From Octopus vulgaris (Eukaryota): a stretch of DNA of 64,000 nucleotides. The notes under the pieces are model-generated. The model was given only the letters and a program-made list of their open reading frames with translations. It made no database searches and had not been told where the DNA came from. Positions 1-11,603 of the stretch are shown piece by piece (the stretch's first letter is position 1; the number at the start of each line of letters is the position of its first letter). The stretch covers positions 43,586,001-43,650,000 of the forward strand of contig OX597827.1 in the NCBI GenBank assembly GCA_951406725.2, written 5' to 3'. The translations under genes and the position numbers were made by a program.

Positions 1-167
1 GATTAAAACAGGATAAAAGGACGCATATACACTTAGAATAAACATTATTTATGATGAATGAATTAAAGCAGTAATACCATCTTCTCGTATGAAATATGGA
101 AGAAATGCAATATTTATATAAATATATTTAACACTTCCATATACAGACAAAAACCGAGACATTTATA

Positions 168-326
168 GGCGCAGGAGTGGCTGTATGGTAAGAAGCTCGC
201 TTACCAAACACATGGTTCCGGGTTCAGTCCACTGCGTGGCACCTTGAGCAAGTGTCTTCTGCTATAGCCTCGGGCCGACCAAAGCCTTGTGAGGGGATTT
301 GGTAGACGGAAACTGAGAGAAGCCCG

Positions 327-329
<3 letters not shown>
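168..329 (+). mobile_element. tRNA-headed SINE family A (CORE-like), 5' half
   Basis: GGCGCAGGAGTGGCTGTATGG (A box)...GGTTCAGTCCC (B box)...CACCTTGAGCAAGTG (CORE-like); >10 homologous copies in window; followed by (TA)n. Confidence 0.85.
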
Positions 330-377
<48 letters not shown>

Positions 378-464
378 GAGAGTTTACGAAAAAACAAAAG
401 ATGAAGACAGGTGGTGTACAAAACAAACAGATGTATTAGTATAACGCTCAGGAATAGAAAAAGT

Positions 465-500
465 CTTTTACGTTTTGAGCCTACGCTCTTCTACGGAAAG
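465..500 (-). ncRNA. Degenerate minimal hammerhead-like motif (helix-III-less type) in Penelope-like short element (~375-572)
   Basis: Minus strand: cttt CCGTAGA A GAGC gtag GCTC AAAAC GTA aaag; same layout as 42511-42545 and 54883-54917, with core substitutions. Confidence 0.4.
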
Positions 501-593
501 GGACACATAAAAAACAAGGAGAGAAACAAGGAGAGAAAAAAATGTGTGAAGAGGCTAACGATCTATCATGGCGATATATATATATATATATAT

Positions 594-685
594 CCTTATC
601 AGACAGGTAGTCACGGTGGGTGTATTGGACTTTGCATATTTGTACTCCTGTGTCAGTTTGATGGCATGCACTGCGCTCTCATTCA
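594..685 (+). mobile_element. 5'-truncated copy of the ~540-bp (TAA)n-associated element
   Basis: Matches the last ~90 nt of 4071-4602 (CCTTATCAGAC...GATGGCATGCACTGCGCTCTCATTCAATAAT). Confidence 0.75.
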
Positions 686-724
686 ATAATGATGGATGAT
701 GATAACAATGACAATAAAAATTGT

Positions 725-815
725 CATTTCTACTCTAGGCACAAGGTCTTGAAAATTTTGGGAGAAGGGGGTAACTGGTAATTATTTTATCGACCTCGAA
801 AGGATGAAAAGCAGA
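725..815 (-). mobile_element. SINE family B fragment
   Basis: TCTACTCTAGGCACAAGG...TTTTATCGACCTCGAAAGGATGAAA matches family B copies elsewhere. Confidence 0.6.
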
Positions 816-962
816 TGTAGACTGAGATACAGGGGTCCCAGACAGACATATTTCACATTTCACATTTACTTATAGATATATATATATATATATATATATA
901 CTTATATATGTATGTAAATGAATACATTCGTGCGTGTGTGTATGTATGAATGTATGTATCTA

Positions 963-1044
<82 letters not shown>

Positions 1045-1600
1045 CTTACAGCAGCATATATTTCTGGATTTGTACTAAGATTGATTACATCAGTATTAGG
1101 GTGTAATTGATATTGTTTTAATTGACCTGGCGTGGTTTAAGCATAGAATACTAGACTAAGTATAATCAGTAATCCGCCCTACCGCTCCTGTTTCTCTCAC
1201 ATGATATTGTTTTAAATATCACAAGCCTACACTTAACAGAGGCCAAACTCTATACACTTAGTTACATAACAATGATGGTATTTTCTAAAAACTAAAACTA
1301 ACAATAACCGTATCATAATTGGAAAGTTTTGTATGAATACAATGGGAAAAAATTTTGCAGACGTGTTAGGATAATAAATTAAATAATATAGTAGGATCGG
1401 CAGTATTGCTTCTTTTATTTATGATTCAAATGTGAGAATATATATTTATATTGTCGTCTGTCTAAGCGAAGTCGAGTAATCCTTAATGATATATGATGTG
1501 TAGCAGGGCGATTTTTTAAAGCGAAGGAGAGTTGCGCAGCATCAACCCCATTCTCTCATCTGTGACCATCTTTAATCCAGTGGCAAAATCAGGTTCAGAT

Positions 1601-1879
1601 AGCTGACCCGCAAAGCACGATCGCGCAAAGCACAAAACTTCACCAACTTGTGTGTACTTTGGGAAAGAAAGAAAGGCCAGGAAAGTCAACCTCAACAGCA
1701 AATCAGGATAGGAGTCCCTCAGGCAGCCCGGTGCCCTCTTTGACACTCTTGTGGAAACTCCAGGCTAGATGGAGCCCTTCAGCCCTGTGAAGCAACTCAC
1801 CAAGTAGAAGGCCACGCCAATGTAAAACGTACAGCTTGTTGGTCGCAAGAGCCCTTTCGCTGGATCTCCAAGTCTAAAG
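1601..1879 (+). mobile_element. Unclassified dispersed repeat flanked by 22-bp direct repeats
   Basis: Homologous to 6098-6352; flanks AGTGGCAA(A/G)ATCAGGTTCAGAT at 1579-1600 and 1880-1901. Confidence 0.65.
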
Positions 1880-2492
1880 AGTGGCAAGATCAGGTTCAGA
1901 TGACTGTTAAGACGGATCCAGTAGATGCCCAAGATGTTTTACTTGCTTCATTTGTCTCTCTGCATTGTGCGTTGTTGCAGCTGTCTTCCCATCTGTTGGA
2001 CCATGAAAGTTTCTTCTGCAGAGTCTGCCAGATCCGATCTTCACATACATAAGTAGCAAGCCCTAATATGCTAATTAACCCGTAGATAGGATCTTGATAC
2101 ATTCCGAGTCAGAAAAGACCTGGAAACAATAGTGGCTAAGAGTTGGTTCCACAACCCTCAATACCCTGAAATTTCCGAACTAGAGCTCCACTATCGGATG
2201 CAATTTAAAGTCACACCTTGGACATAAATATATTCAACACGTCATAAGACAACACAATAACATTTATAATATCTAATACTGATATTTGTAGTAAATTTAT
2301 TCGGGTGCTATAAACTCAAGGGAGCATGTTAATATCTAACAACCGTCAGATGGATTTTACAGTCACTGGATTTTACTCTATCTGATTTTCATTCACCTCT
2401 ATGCAATGTGATATGTTTATATAATTTTCCTTCTAAAATTGTTGTCAACACTACTACCGCGTTAGCAGTATTTGTTTTTCGTATTAAATTTT

Positions 2493-2897
2493 GGAGGCGC
2501 AATGGCCCAGTGGTTAGGGCAGTGGACATGCGGTCGGAGGATCGCGGTTTCGATTCCCAGACCGGCCGGTGTGTGTGTTTAATGAGCGAAAACACCTAAA
2601 GCTCCACGAGGCTCCGGCAGGGGCTGGTGATGACCCCTGTTGTACTCTTTCACCCCAACTTTCTCTCACTCTTTCTTCCTGGTTCTTGAGAAACGCTGCG
2701 ATGGAGTGGTGTCCCTTACGATTGTGTTATGTATACAGGAAATTTAATAAATTCATTTAATTTATTTATTCTGATATGACTAAAATCTTTGGGTATAACT
2801 CAGTAAAATTTAATATTATTTTTTTTTATGCGCCCTTTCTAAGCCTAGCCAGGCTCATGGGCCCGGTTTCCCGGTTTCTGTGGCGTATGTGTTTTCC
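2493..2897 (+). mobile_element. tRNA-headed SINE family C, rearranged (3' end inverted at 2829-2897)
   Basis: GGAGGCGCAATGGCCCAGTGGTTAGGGCAG...GGTTTCGATTCCC head; 2829-2897 is the reverse complement of the tail of the 41542-41833 copy. Confidence 0.8.
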
Positions 2898-3934
2898 TGC
2901 ATACATAACACAATCGTAAGCATTTGACATATTTATTATCCAGCCTTTAGCGATGGTTAAAATATTTGGGTACATCTTATAGTAAACTTTAGTCTGAATT
3001 ATATTGAAGTCTACTTCTGTGAAGGAAACAAGAAAATGATATACCTTCAGGATATTGTTCTCACCTATAATTAATCCGATTAAAAGAAAATAATGGGGAT
3101 TAAGGCGGAAACAAAACTGTATGCAATCTGAAATGGGTTGAACTTATGATGCTGGACTTGTCAGACCTGTACGTCCACTTAGTGAGAACAAAATATCCAA
3201 ATACTTTAGTGATAAGTCAAACAAGTACTGTTCTGTTGAGTTAAAATTCTCTAAGTTCAGCCAATGGATGAATTGGTATAGAACCAGATTAAAATTCTTA
3301 CGATATTTTCGTCTGAGAACGTGATTCCGGTTCAAGTTGTATTAAGGCTGACCTCGGTTTTAATTCTTCCGAGGTCGATAAAATAAGGTGCCAGTTTACT
3401 GAGCGTCACCTTATTTTATCCGTTCCAGCCACCAGCATTCATTTACATACACCCATGTACACACACACATATATATACGTTTTATTTATTATTTTGCACA
3501 TTACTTAATCATTGTTATATGGTTTATCTCATATTTAATCTTTCTATACGATGTAATTTTACTAGTTGGTATAATTTAATTTTTCATTATTGAATTCATA
3601 AAAGGTGTTTTTTTTTGCTAATTTATATATATATATATATATATATTTACATATATACAGAATCAAGCACAATTGCGTAAATGTGTGTGTATGTATATAT
3701 TAAATTATTACCATTTTGCCTAGAATATCACACTGTTATTGCTGAATTTTAAAAGAGAACATTTCTGGGAATGTATAAAATTAATATTCGTCTAACAAAT
3801 TCAGTGATAAAATGTCATTCAGTACCGTGGCTTTAGTAAATAAAAAAACTTGCCCACGATGCTTGCAGTGGGGTTGAACCCGAAACTGCTTCATAAGCTT
3901 CATAATCACGCAGTAATGTCCGTGCACATATATG

Positions 3935-4070
<136 letters not shown>

Positions 4071-4601
4071 GATGCAGTACCAGGCAGTGGCTCCCATGGC
4101 TTCTGATCTTAACTGATTGGAAGTGTCATCATGTACATTGTTTTGTCTTGGTATAACAGATGGGCTACAGCAAATATTCTGCTCAATACCACAGATTTGC
4201 TTGTCAGTTGTTTGACCTTAACCAGTTGAGCATGTCCCTTAGTGGCTGACGATATGTGCATCATGTGGGGGAGCATCATAGCCATGTGTTGAGAGGGATT
4301 CTTTGGGGTTTGAATAATTCACCTCTGGAAACATGGGTGGTTTTTTCAACATCCTTAAACAACCGTTATTCAGGGACCGTTTGAGCGGGATGGGCTACTC
4401 GACCTGAAGAAAATTCTAACTGGGCCCCACCTGCAAGGTCATGTGCTGTTTATCTTGATATGAGATCACCATGTCGCGCACATATGGTTGTGATGCATGT
4501 GCCTGGTGTACCCTTATCAGACGGGTAGTCATGATGGGTATATTGGGCTTCGTATATTTTACCCCAGTGTCACTTTGATGGCATGAACTGCTCTCTCACT
4601 C

Positions 4602-4602
<1 letters not shown>
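4071..4602 (+). mobile_element. ~540-bp non-coding element embedded in (TAA)n
   Basis: Highly similar to reverse complement of 50407-50962 and 51040-51592; (TAA)n on both sides. Confidence 0.85.
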
Positions 4603-4629
<27 letters not shown>

Positions 4630-4635
<6 letters not shown>

Positions 4636-4985
4636 GGGAGTATAACTCCAAACTTACAGGGAAAAATTCAATTTCGTATTAAATTAAATTTCACAATATA
4701 AATATATAATATATATAAATTAGAGAAAAACCACTATTATCCAATTCAAACAATGATAGACATAAACCAAATCATAAATAAATATAATATATTTTAAAAC
4801 TTATAACTATAGCCATGAAACGTACATAGTCTTTTTACTTATTATATATTGTTTATTCAGTTTTGTACTTTTTGTGATCTAGTTATATGTTTTAAAATAT
4901 ATTTTATTTTTTATTTATGATTTGGTTTATGTCTATCATTGTTTGAATTGCATAAGAGTGTTTTTCTCTAATTTATATATATTAT
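4630..4985. mobile_element. Fold-back copy of hammerhead-associated element family 2
   Basis: ~105-bp imperfect inverted arms 4705-4810/4880-4985; homologous to 10585-10690 and to reverse complement of 53530-53705. Confidence 0.6.
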
Positions 4986-4997
4986 ATATATATATAC

Positions 4998-5063
<66 letters not shown>

Positions 5064-5214
5064 ATATATATATATATATATATATACATAAATGGATAGA
5101 TAGATAGATAAATAAACATACATACATACACGTATGTGTGTGCTTGTGTGTACACACATATGTGTGTACACGCATATGTGTGTGACTTCCTAAAATGTGA
5201 GTCAGTGTATGATT

Positions 5215-5560
5215 GTAAAAAAACTGACTTTAACTCGCTGGGCCTGGAGGAAAGATCTTCGCCCATTACCAATGCAGGCTCCTCTAGACTGGAAATGCTG
5301 ATAACATTGATGTTCTTGACTCTTTGCAAGTAAACCTCTGCAAAATAAGACCTGAGCAGGACGCTGGGTGGAGATTTCCAGAGGGTAGATATTCCAGGTG
5401 GGGGATCTGAGAGTACAACATAGTGTCGAACCCGGCTGGTGATTAGGAACAACTAAGGTGACTGAACGAGGTGAGGTGAATCACAGGTCTAGGAGAGACG
5501 ATGGTAAGAGCCCGGTCAATTCCGAGGAGTAAAGAAGCAATAAAGTGAAGCAAGTATTGT
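5215..5560 (-). mobile_element. Possible degenerate LINE (CR1/L2-like) 3' end
   Basis: Minus-strand peptide remnants (YSSELTGLLP...[12 protein letters not shown]) resemble LINE ORF2 C-termini; heavily decayed. Confidence 0.3.
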
Positions 5561-5603
5561 TAGAGTATTCTGTCAGGATCGCAGCTATGAGTTAATTAGT
5601 ATA

Positions 5604-5886
5604 TGAGTCATTAGACTGCGGCCATGCTGGGTCACCGTACTGAAGAGAGTTATAGTCGAATGAATTGATCCCAGAACTTAATATTTTTGTTTTTTAAACC
5701 TAGTACTTATTCTATAGGTCATATTTGTCGGATCGCTAGGTTACGGTGATGTAAACGCACTAACATCCGCTGTCAAGAGATGGTGGGGTATAACACAGAC
5801 ACAAAGATACACGAACGCGTACAGGAACGCACACATACATACATACATACATACATACATACATACATACATACGTACGTACGTAC

Positions 5887-5917
<31 letters not shown>

Positions 5918-6101
5918 CATACATACATACATACATACATACACGATACGCTTCTTTCAGTTTCCGTCTACCAAATTCACTCACAAAGCTTTGGTGGAGC
6001 CGTGGATCTATAAGGCACTTTATCCAAGATGGCATGCAGTGAGAGTGAACCTGGAACCATGCGGTTGGGAATCAAACCTCTTCCCACACAGCCATGATGC
6101 G
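5604..6101 (-). mobile_element. SINE family A, diverged full-length copy with internal (TACA)n
   Basis: 3' module GTCATTAGACTGCGGCCATGCTGG and 5' module TTTCAGTTTCCGTCTACCAAA separated by microsatellite. Confidence 0.8.
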
Positions 6102-6672
6102 CAAAGCACAAACCCTCACTTTGGGAAAGAAAGAAAGAAAGAAAGGCCAGGAATGTCAACCTCAACAGCAAATCAAGTATTGGGGTCCCTCAGAAGGCCC
6201 GGTGCCCTTTTTGACACCCTTGTGGCAACCCCAGGCTAGGTGGAGCTCTCCAGCTCTGTGAGGCAATTCACCAAGTAGAATACCACGCCAATGTAAAACT
6301 TACCGCATGTTGGTCGCCAGAGTCCTTTCGCTGGATCTCCAAGTCTAAAAAGTACGGCCTTATTGCGCAGAATGATTTTCATTTTAAAACTACTAAACGG
6401 ATTAGATAATCAGATGGGACAATGTCCGGCGAATATGGTGGGTGGAGCATCGTTTCTCATTCAAACGGCTCCGGCCTTTGGAATGTCATCCTTACATTTG
6501 ATGCCCTTGTGACAACTCCACGCTAGGTAGAGCCCTCCATCCCTTCAGCCAATGTAAAACTTACAGAACCCTTTTGCTGGATCTCCATGTCTATAAAGTC
6601 TTCGCTGGATCTCCAAGTCTAAAAAGTACGGTCAGATTGCGCAGAATGACTTTCATTTTAAAACTACTAAGC
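6098..6672 (+). repeat. Second copy of the 1601-1879 repeat plus partial local duplications
   Basis: GCGCAAAGCACAAA...CGCTGGATCTCCAAGTCTAAA; 3' part repeated at ~6503-6672. Confidence 0.65.
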
Positions 6673-7467
6673 GGTTTAAGAAAAGCCTTGCCACGTCGAG
6701 GATCAGTTCACATAGAGCCTTGGGGGCTTGCCGCTCTTTTTTATTATCTTCAGACACGAAAAAACAACCTCTATAATCAATACTGACCGTTACACAAAGA
6801 CATAGTGAAACTGGACATTATTTTCTTTTTCTTTCTCATTTCTTCCCCCCGCCATCTCTCTCTTTTCTTCTCTATCTCGCTGTCTTTTTCATATCACGCT
6901 TGGATACGTTTACTACTCCATTCAACATAAGTGTTGGTTTTGCGAAAATACGTGTGCGGTAGTGTATGTTGCGATTGACGTAAGTGAGGTTGTCATGGTT
7001 ACGGGCCAAGAATTTCATTGTATCTATTTCCTTTCAGCTCAACGGATATTAATTTTGTACATTTCTTGGAATGTTCTTAAAAATTCAACAATAACGTCAA
7101 GCAAAAACAAACTCCTTAAATATAAAAACACATATTTACACATCTGTGCCTTTGTATATGCATGATGTGCATATACATAGGCACAAAAGTTGCTATTCGC
7201 TGTCTTAATGACCGCACTTATGTACTTGTGTATACACATACATATGCTTATAAATACATACACATATACACATATCCATATATATATATATGTATGTACA
7301 TTTATATAATTATATACATATATATATATATATATGTGCATGTACAAATGTACGTATATGCACACACATATACATATAAATATTTACACATGCATACATA
7401 CATACATACATACATACACATATATATATGTATATAAATATATATGTACATGTATGTATATACATAC

Positions 7468-7513
<46 letters not shown>

Positions 7514-7539
7514 TTATATATATATATATATATAAGTAG

Positions 7540-8336
7540 TTGAGTGAATTATCCTAGTATGGATAATTCGGTTAACTGATACCCGGGTAGCAAATTTACG
7601 TCATAAAACACGGTTGAAGCTACATGCCAAGGGCAGAAATCACGTGCTTTCGTTTGGAAATTTGTGTGGGTTTTTTTTACTATAAATAAATGAAAGAATG
7701 GAGTCGAACGACGATTTAACAAAATTCCTTTATTCTCGACATATGTTTCGAAGACTGCATATTCTTAATTCCGAAGGGATAAGGGGTGCATCATGCCGCC
7801 TTCTCATCAGGAAAGACAAGGAACTTATGTCAGCATCATGACGAACAAAAACTTTTAGATGACTGCCCACACGTAGTCCATAGTGATAATGAGTGTTTCT
7901 TTAAAATATTCCGTTATAAGCAGTAACGTCAAAATTGGTTGGATGGAGAATATTCTAAAAAGTTCAAGAGTTCAAAAATGGTTGGAATGGGAAAGTTCTA
8001 AGAATATGAAGGTGATAGAGTGCAAGTCGTATGTATATGGGTGTATTGTTGTTTGCTTTTGCTAAGGAGATTGAGTGCCTATGTGTGTGTATGTATATAA
8101 CTGCATTCGTGTACATGTGTGTGTGTGTGTGTGCGTGATTGTGTGTGTGGGGGGATAAATGCCAAATACATCTAGTGGTGAAGTGACAGGTTTGTGTCTG
8201 TGTGTTTGATTGTGCTTATGATAGAGAGAGGGAGAGAGAGGGGAGAATATTAAGAATATGCAGTCTTCGAAACATATGTCGAGAATAAAGGAATTTTGTT
8301 AAATCGTCGTTCGACTCCATTCTTTCATTTATTTAT
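7540..8336 (-). mobile_element. Penelope-like short element family 1 with terminal inversion
   Basis: 7540-7860 homologous to 30465-30790 and to reverse complement of 56790-57115; 8249-8336 is an inverted copy of 7682-7769; flanked by TA runs. Confidence 0.7.
7733..7815 (-). ncRNA. Type I hammerhead ribozyme motif with extended helix II
   Basis: Minus: ctttc CTGATGA GAAGGC...GTCTTC GAAAC ATAT GTC gagaa; full core and helices I-III. Confidence 0.75.
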
Positions 8337-8385
8337 TTATTTATATATATATATCAAAATAAGCAACAAGAATAACTTCGGTAAT

Positions 8386-8471
8386 TTCGTACGATCGTTT
8401 CATGCTACATCATTTTATTAAATGTTGTAAGTATTACAACAGTTTTAAAATGTTGAGCAATCATCAGCCAT
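8386..8471 (-). ncRNA. Hammerhead-like motif, helix I degraded
   Basis: Minus: CTGATGA T TGCT...AGCA T GAAAC GATC GTA. Confidence 0.5.
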
Positions 8472-8689
8472 TAATAGAGGTTTTCCATTAATACATAATT
8501 TTCTTATCAAGTGATAACATTATAGAGAAGGTAGATATATAGACAAAGATGTCGATTTAAATTTTAAGAACATTAAGGTAGTAGAGTTTATCAACTGACT
8601 GAAGAATATTCAGAATATTCAGTTGTTTTGAACTGCTAGAAGGTTTGGGAAGAATGATCAATTGAAAGGAGACAAGAAAGAATATATAT

Positions 8690-8754
<65 letters not shown>

Positions 8755-9181
8755 CTTATATATATGTACATATGCGCGTGTGTGTATGCAAGACTAGATA
8801 CATGTGTGTGTGTGTGTTCGTGTTTATGTGTGTTACTGGTTTCAGTCATTGGGCTTGTGACATGCTGGAGCAACTCTCTGCCGGTATGGTGCAATATATC
8901 GACCCCACCAAAGTGGTAAGCTGGCAGAATAGCTGCTTTACAGCATTTCGTCTGGTTCCTTATACTCTTAGTTCAAACCCCTACGGAAGTGCAAGAATAT
9001 GAAGAAATTTTCCGTCGACGAAATTATATTCTTCAAAATGCTGGCAGTGCATACGTCCAGACTGGGTTGCGTAGTGTATTTAATCATTCATTCAGTTCCT
9101 GCATTAGTGTTGCTTGCTATTGATCTATATATTATAGAGGAATAGGGTAATTCCAAAATATGGTACTGAAAAATAAATGGT

Positions 9182-9589
9182 TTACTCTTTTACTTGTTTC
9201 AGTCATTTGACTGCGGTCATGCTGGAGCACCGCCTTTAGTCGAGCAAATCGACCCCAGGACTTATTCTTTGTAAGCCTAGTACTTATTCTATCGGTCTCT
9301 TTTGCCGAACCTCTAAGTGACGGGCACGTAAACACACCAGCATCGGTTGTCAAGCAATGCTAGGGGGAGAAACACAGACACACAAACATACACACAAACA
9401 CATATATATATATACATACATATATACGACAGGCTTCTTTCAGTTTCCGTCTACCAAATCCACTCACAAGGCTTTGGTTGGCCCAAGGCTATAGTAGAAG
9501 ACACTTGCCCAAGATGCCACGCAGTGGGACTGAACCCGGAACTATATGGTTGGTAAGCAAGCTACTTACCACACAGCCACTCCTGCGCC
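9182..9589 (-). mobile_element. SINE family A, full length
   Basis: Complete head (GGCGCAGGAGTGGCTGTGTGG), CORE-like CTTGGGCAAG, internal microsatellite, tail GACTGAAACAAGTAAAAGAGTAAA. Confidence 0.9.
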
Positions 9590-10549
9590 GTGTGGTAAGT
9601 ATTTCTGTAAAATAAGTATTTCTCTAAAATAAATTCACAATATTTACGGCACACACACACACACGCACGCAGGCACACGCACGCAGGCACACACACACAC
9701 ACTCACACACACATAGAAACACATCTACATGCATGCATACACACACATAGAAACATACCCACACACACACGCACACACGCGCAAATAAACACACAAACAC
9801 ATACGCAACATACGCACACACACATGCATGCACGCACGCACACACTTATTTGTACTCCCAGCTTAACTTGGATGCGTCGTGGAAACCCCTAAACTGCAAC
9901 AATCGCTCTGAGAAAGTATTATCTTATTGACATATAGAGCTAAAGAGCAAAGATAATTTCAACAGATATAATATAGAAAATTATCACTTTTAAATCTCAC
10001 AACGTGAGATATTATTCAGCAACAATATTTTGTAGTAAAGACTGTTTGCCAGCTTGAATTATTTCCCAGCATAAAGGGAAATAACCCAGAAATCACGATA
10101 CACGGATATTGTTTTGAGCTGAGTGGGGGGTGCTAGATTCCTTTGTTCGAAAATATAAGGACACAGATCTTGTCGTATAGCCAGCTGGAGACGATGTCTC
10201 CTGGGGCTAAATTACAGCAGCATTAGTTCTAAACCAGGACTGCCATGTTATGTTGGCAAACAATCTTTGCTACAGATATAATAGTCGGCACGACCGGTGA
10301 GACCATTGTATCACGTGATTTCGGCATCTTTTCGCAACGTCAGCAAGAGGTACGCAAACATCGCATGCTAGAGCGTATCTCCTCAAACCGATATAGTTTA
10401 AGACTGACTAAAACGTCATTGGTGCCACGCATGGTTGGTTACAGACAAATTAGATATTAGCGACGTAAGCTGTTTTTGTAACGAAAATTACGTTGTATAT
10501 CCAATCCGTATATGTGCTGCGAAGAAGCTGTAAGGTGCAGGTATCTTCA

Positions 10550-10587
<38 letters not shown>

Positions 10588-10689
10588 TAAATTAGAGACA
10601 AAACCACTATTATGCAAATCAAACAAAGAAAGACTTAAGCCAATACATAAAATAATTTATATAAATTCAAATTTAACAATTATAAGTAG

Positions 10690-10739
10690 CCACTACGATC
10701 GTTTCGTGTCAGCACATCTTTGAGACATTCTTCAGGTGG
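10690..10739 (-). ncRNA. Type I hammerhead ribozyme motif (family 2)
   Basis: Minus: ccac CTGAAGA A TGTC...GACA C GAAAC GATC GTA gtgg; element ~10580-10770 lies between (TA)n runs. Confidence 0.7.
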
Positions 10740-10765
10740 TTTCAAAACCTTCTTGGCGAGTTTTA

Positions 10766-10826
<61 letters not shown>

Positions 10827-10830
<4 letters not shown>

Positions 10831-11378
10831 GTTGTCCGGAAAGTTCGTGCCGATTTTTAAAGGAAAGAAAAAGGTATATAAATACTTGCCATTACATTTT
10901 TAATCAGCGAAATATGAACCATTCTGTTGCACAATGCGTTTCCTTCTTTCCTTTAACTTGAAAATACCCTCTTCCCAGAAATGAGGTGGTTTCATGGCAA
11001 CGAATTTATCAAGATATCTTTTTACGTCATCCAAGGAATTGAAATTTTTACCATTAAGACTATTCTGCAAGACCTGAACAAGTGGGAATCCGAAGGAGAA
11101 ATATCTGGTGAATATATGGAGGGTGGGGTAACACATCCCAGCCGCGCTGCAGCAATTTTTGTCTGGTTTCCCAAAGCATCAAGTGCCGAAAATGAACTTT
11201 CTTATCTTCCATTTTAAAGCGTTACAGAATTAACACAAGTTATAGGAACATAAACCTTCTTCCACGAAAAGATAGCTTAAACTGTGCTCTTAATGGAGTT
11301 GTAGTCAAATCTTATGTTATGGCCTCAACCATGTTCTAAATTAAGTCGAAAGGTAAGCTACTATAAATCGGCCCGATT
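10827..11378 (-). mobile_element. Internally deleted mariner transposon
   Basis: MEDKKVHFRHLMLW fused to ...GWDVLPHPPY/SPDISPSD.HLFRS...LQNSLNGKNFNSLDDVK...GIFKLKERRKRIVQQNGSY (mariner YSPDLAPxD region, frameshifted); TIR TTGGGTTGTCCGGAAAGTTCGTGCCGATTT with partial mate at ~11364-11378; next to (TA)n. Confidence 0.9.
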
Positions 11379-11603
11379 TATAGTATACACACCTTTACAT
11401 TCCATCTCATCTTTACCCAGTTATTCTTGAGAAGACCGCTAGGGTAAAGTCCTCAAAATCCCCTTCCATCGAATCCTACTGTCACCAGAGTGGCCAAACC
11501 ACTGCTCCTCATCTCATCTCCTAGCTTCTAGTTTCACTTCTCTCTTTTGCACCATTATACACACAAACACATTTGCATTTATACATATGCATTTATATAT
11601 ATA

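Noticed and set aside
3377-3420. 14-bp hairpin resembling a terminator
   Set aside because: Derived from a SINE family B fragment with a short fold-back; intrinsic terminators are not expected in this context.
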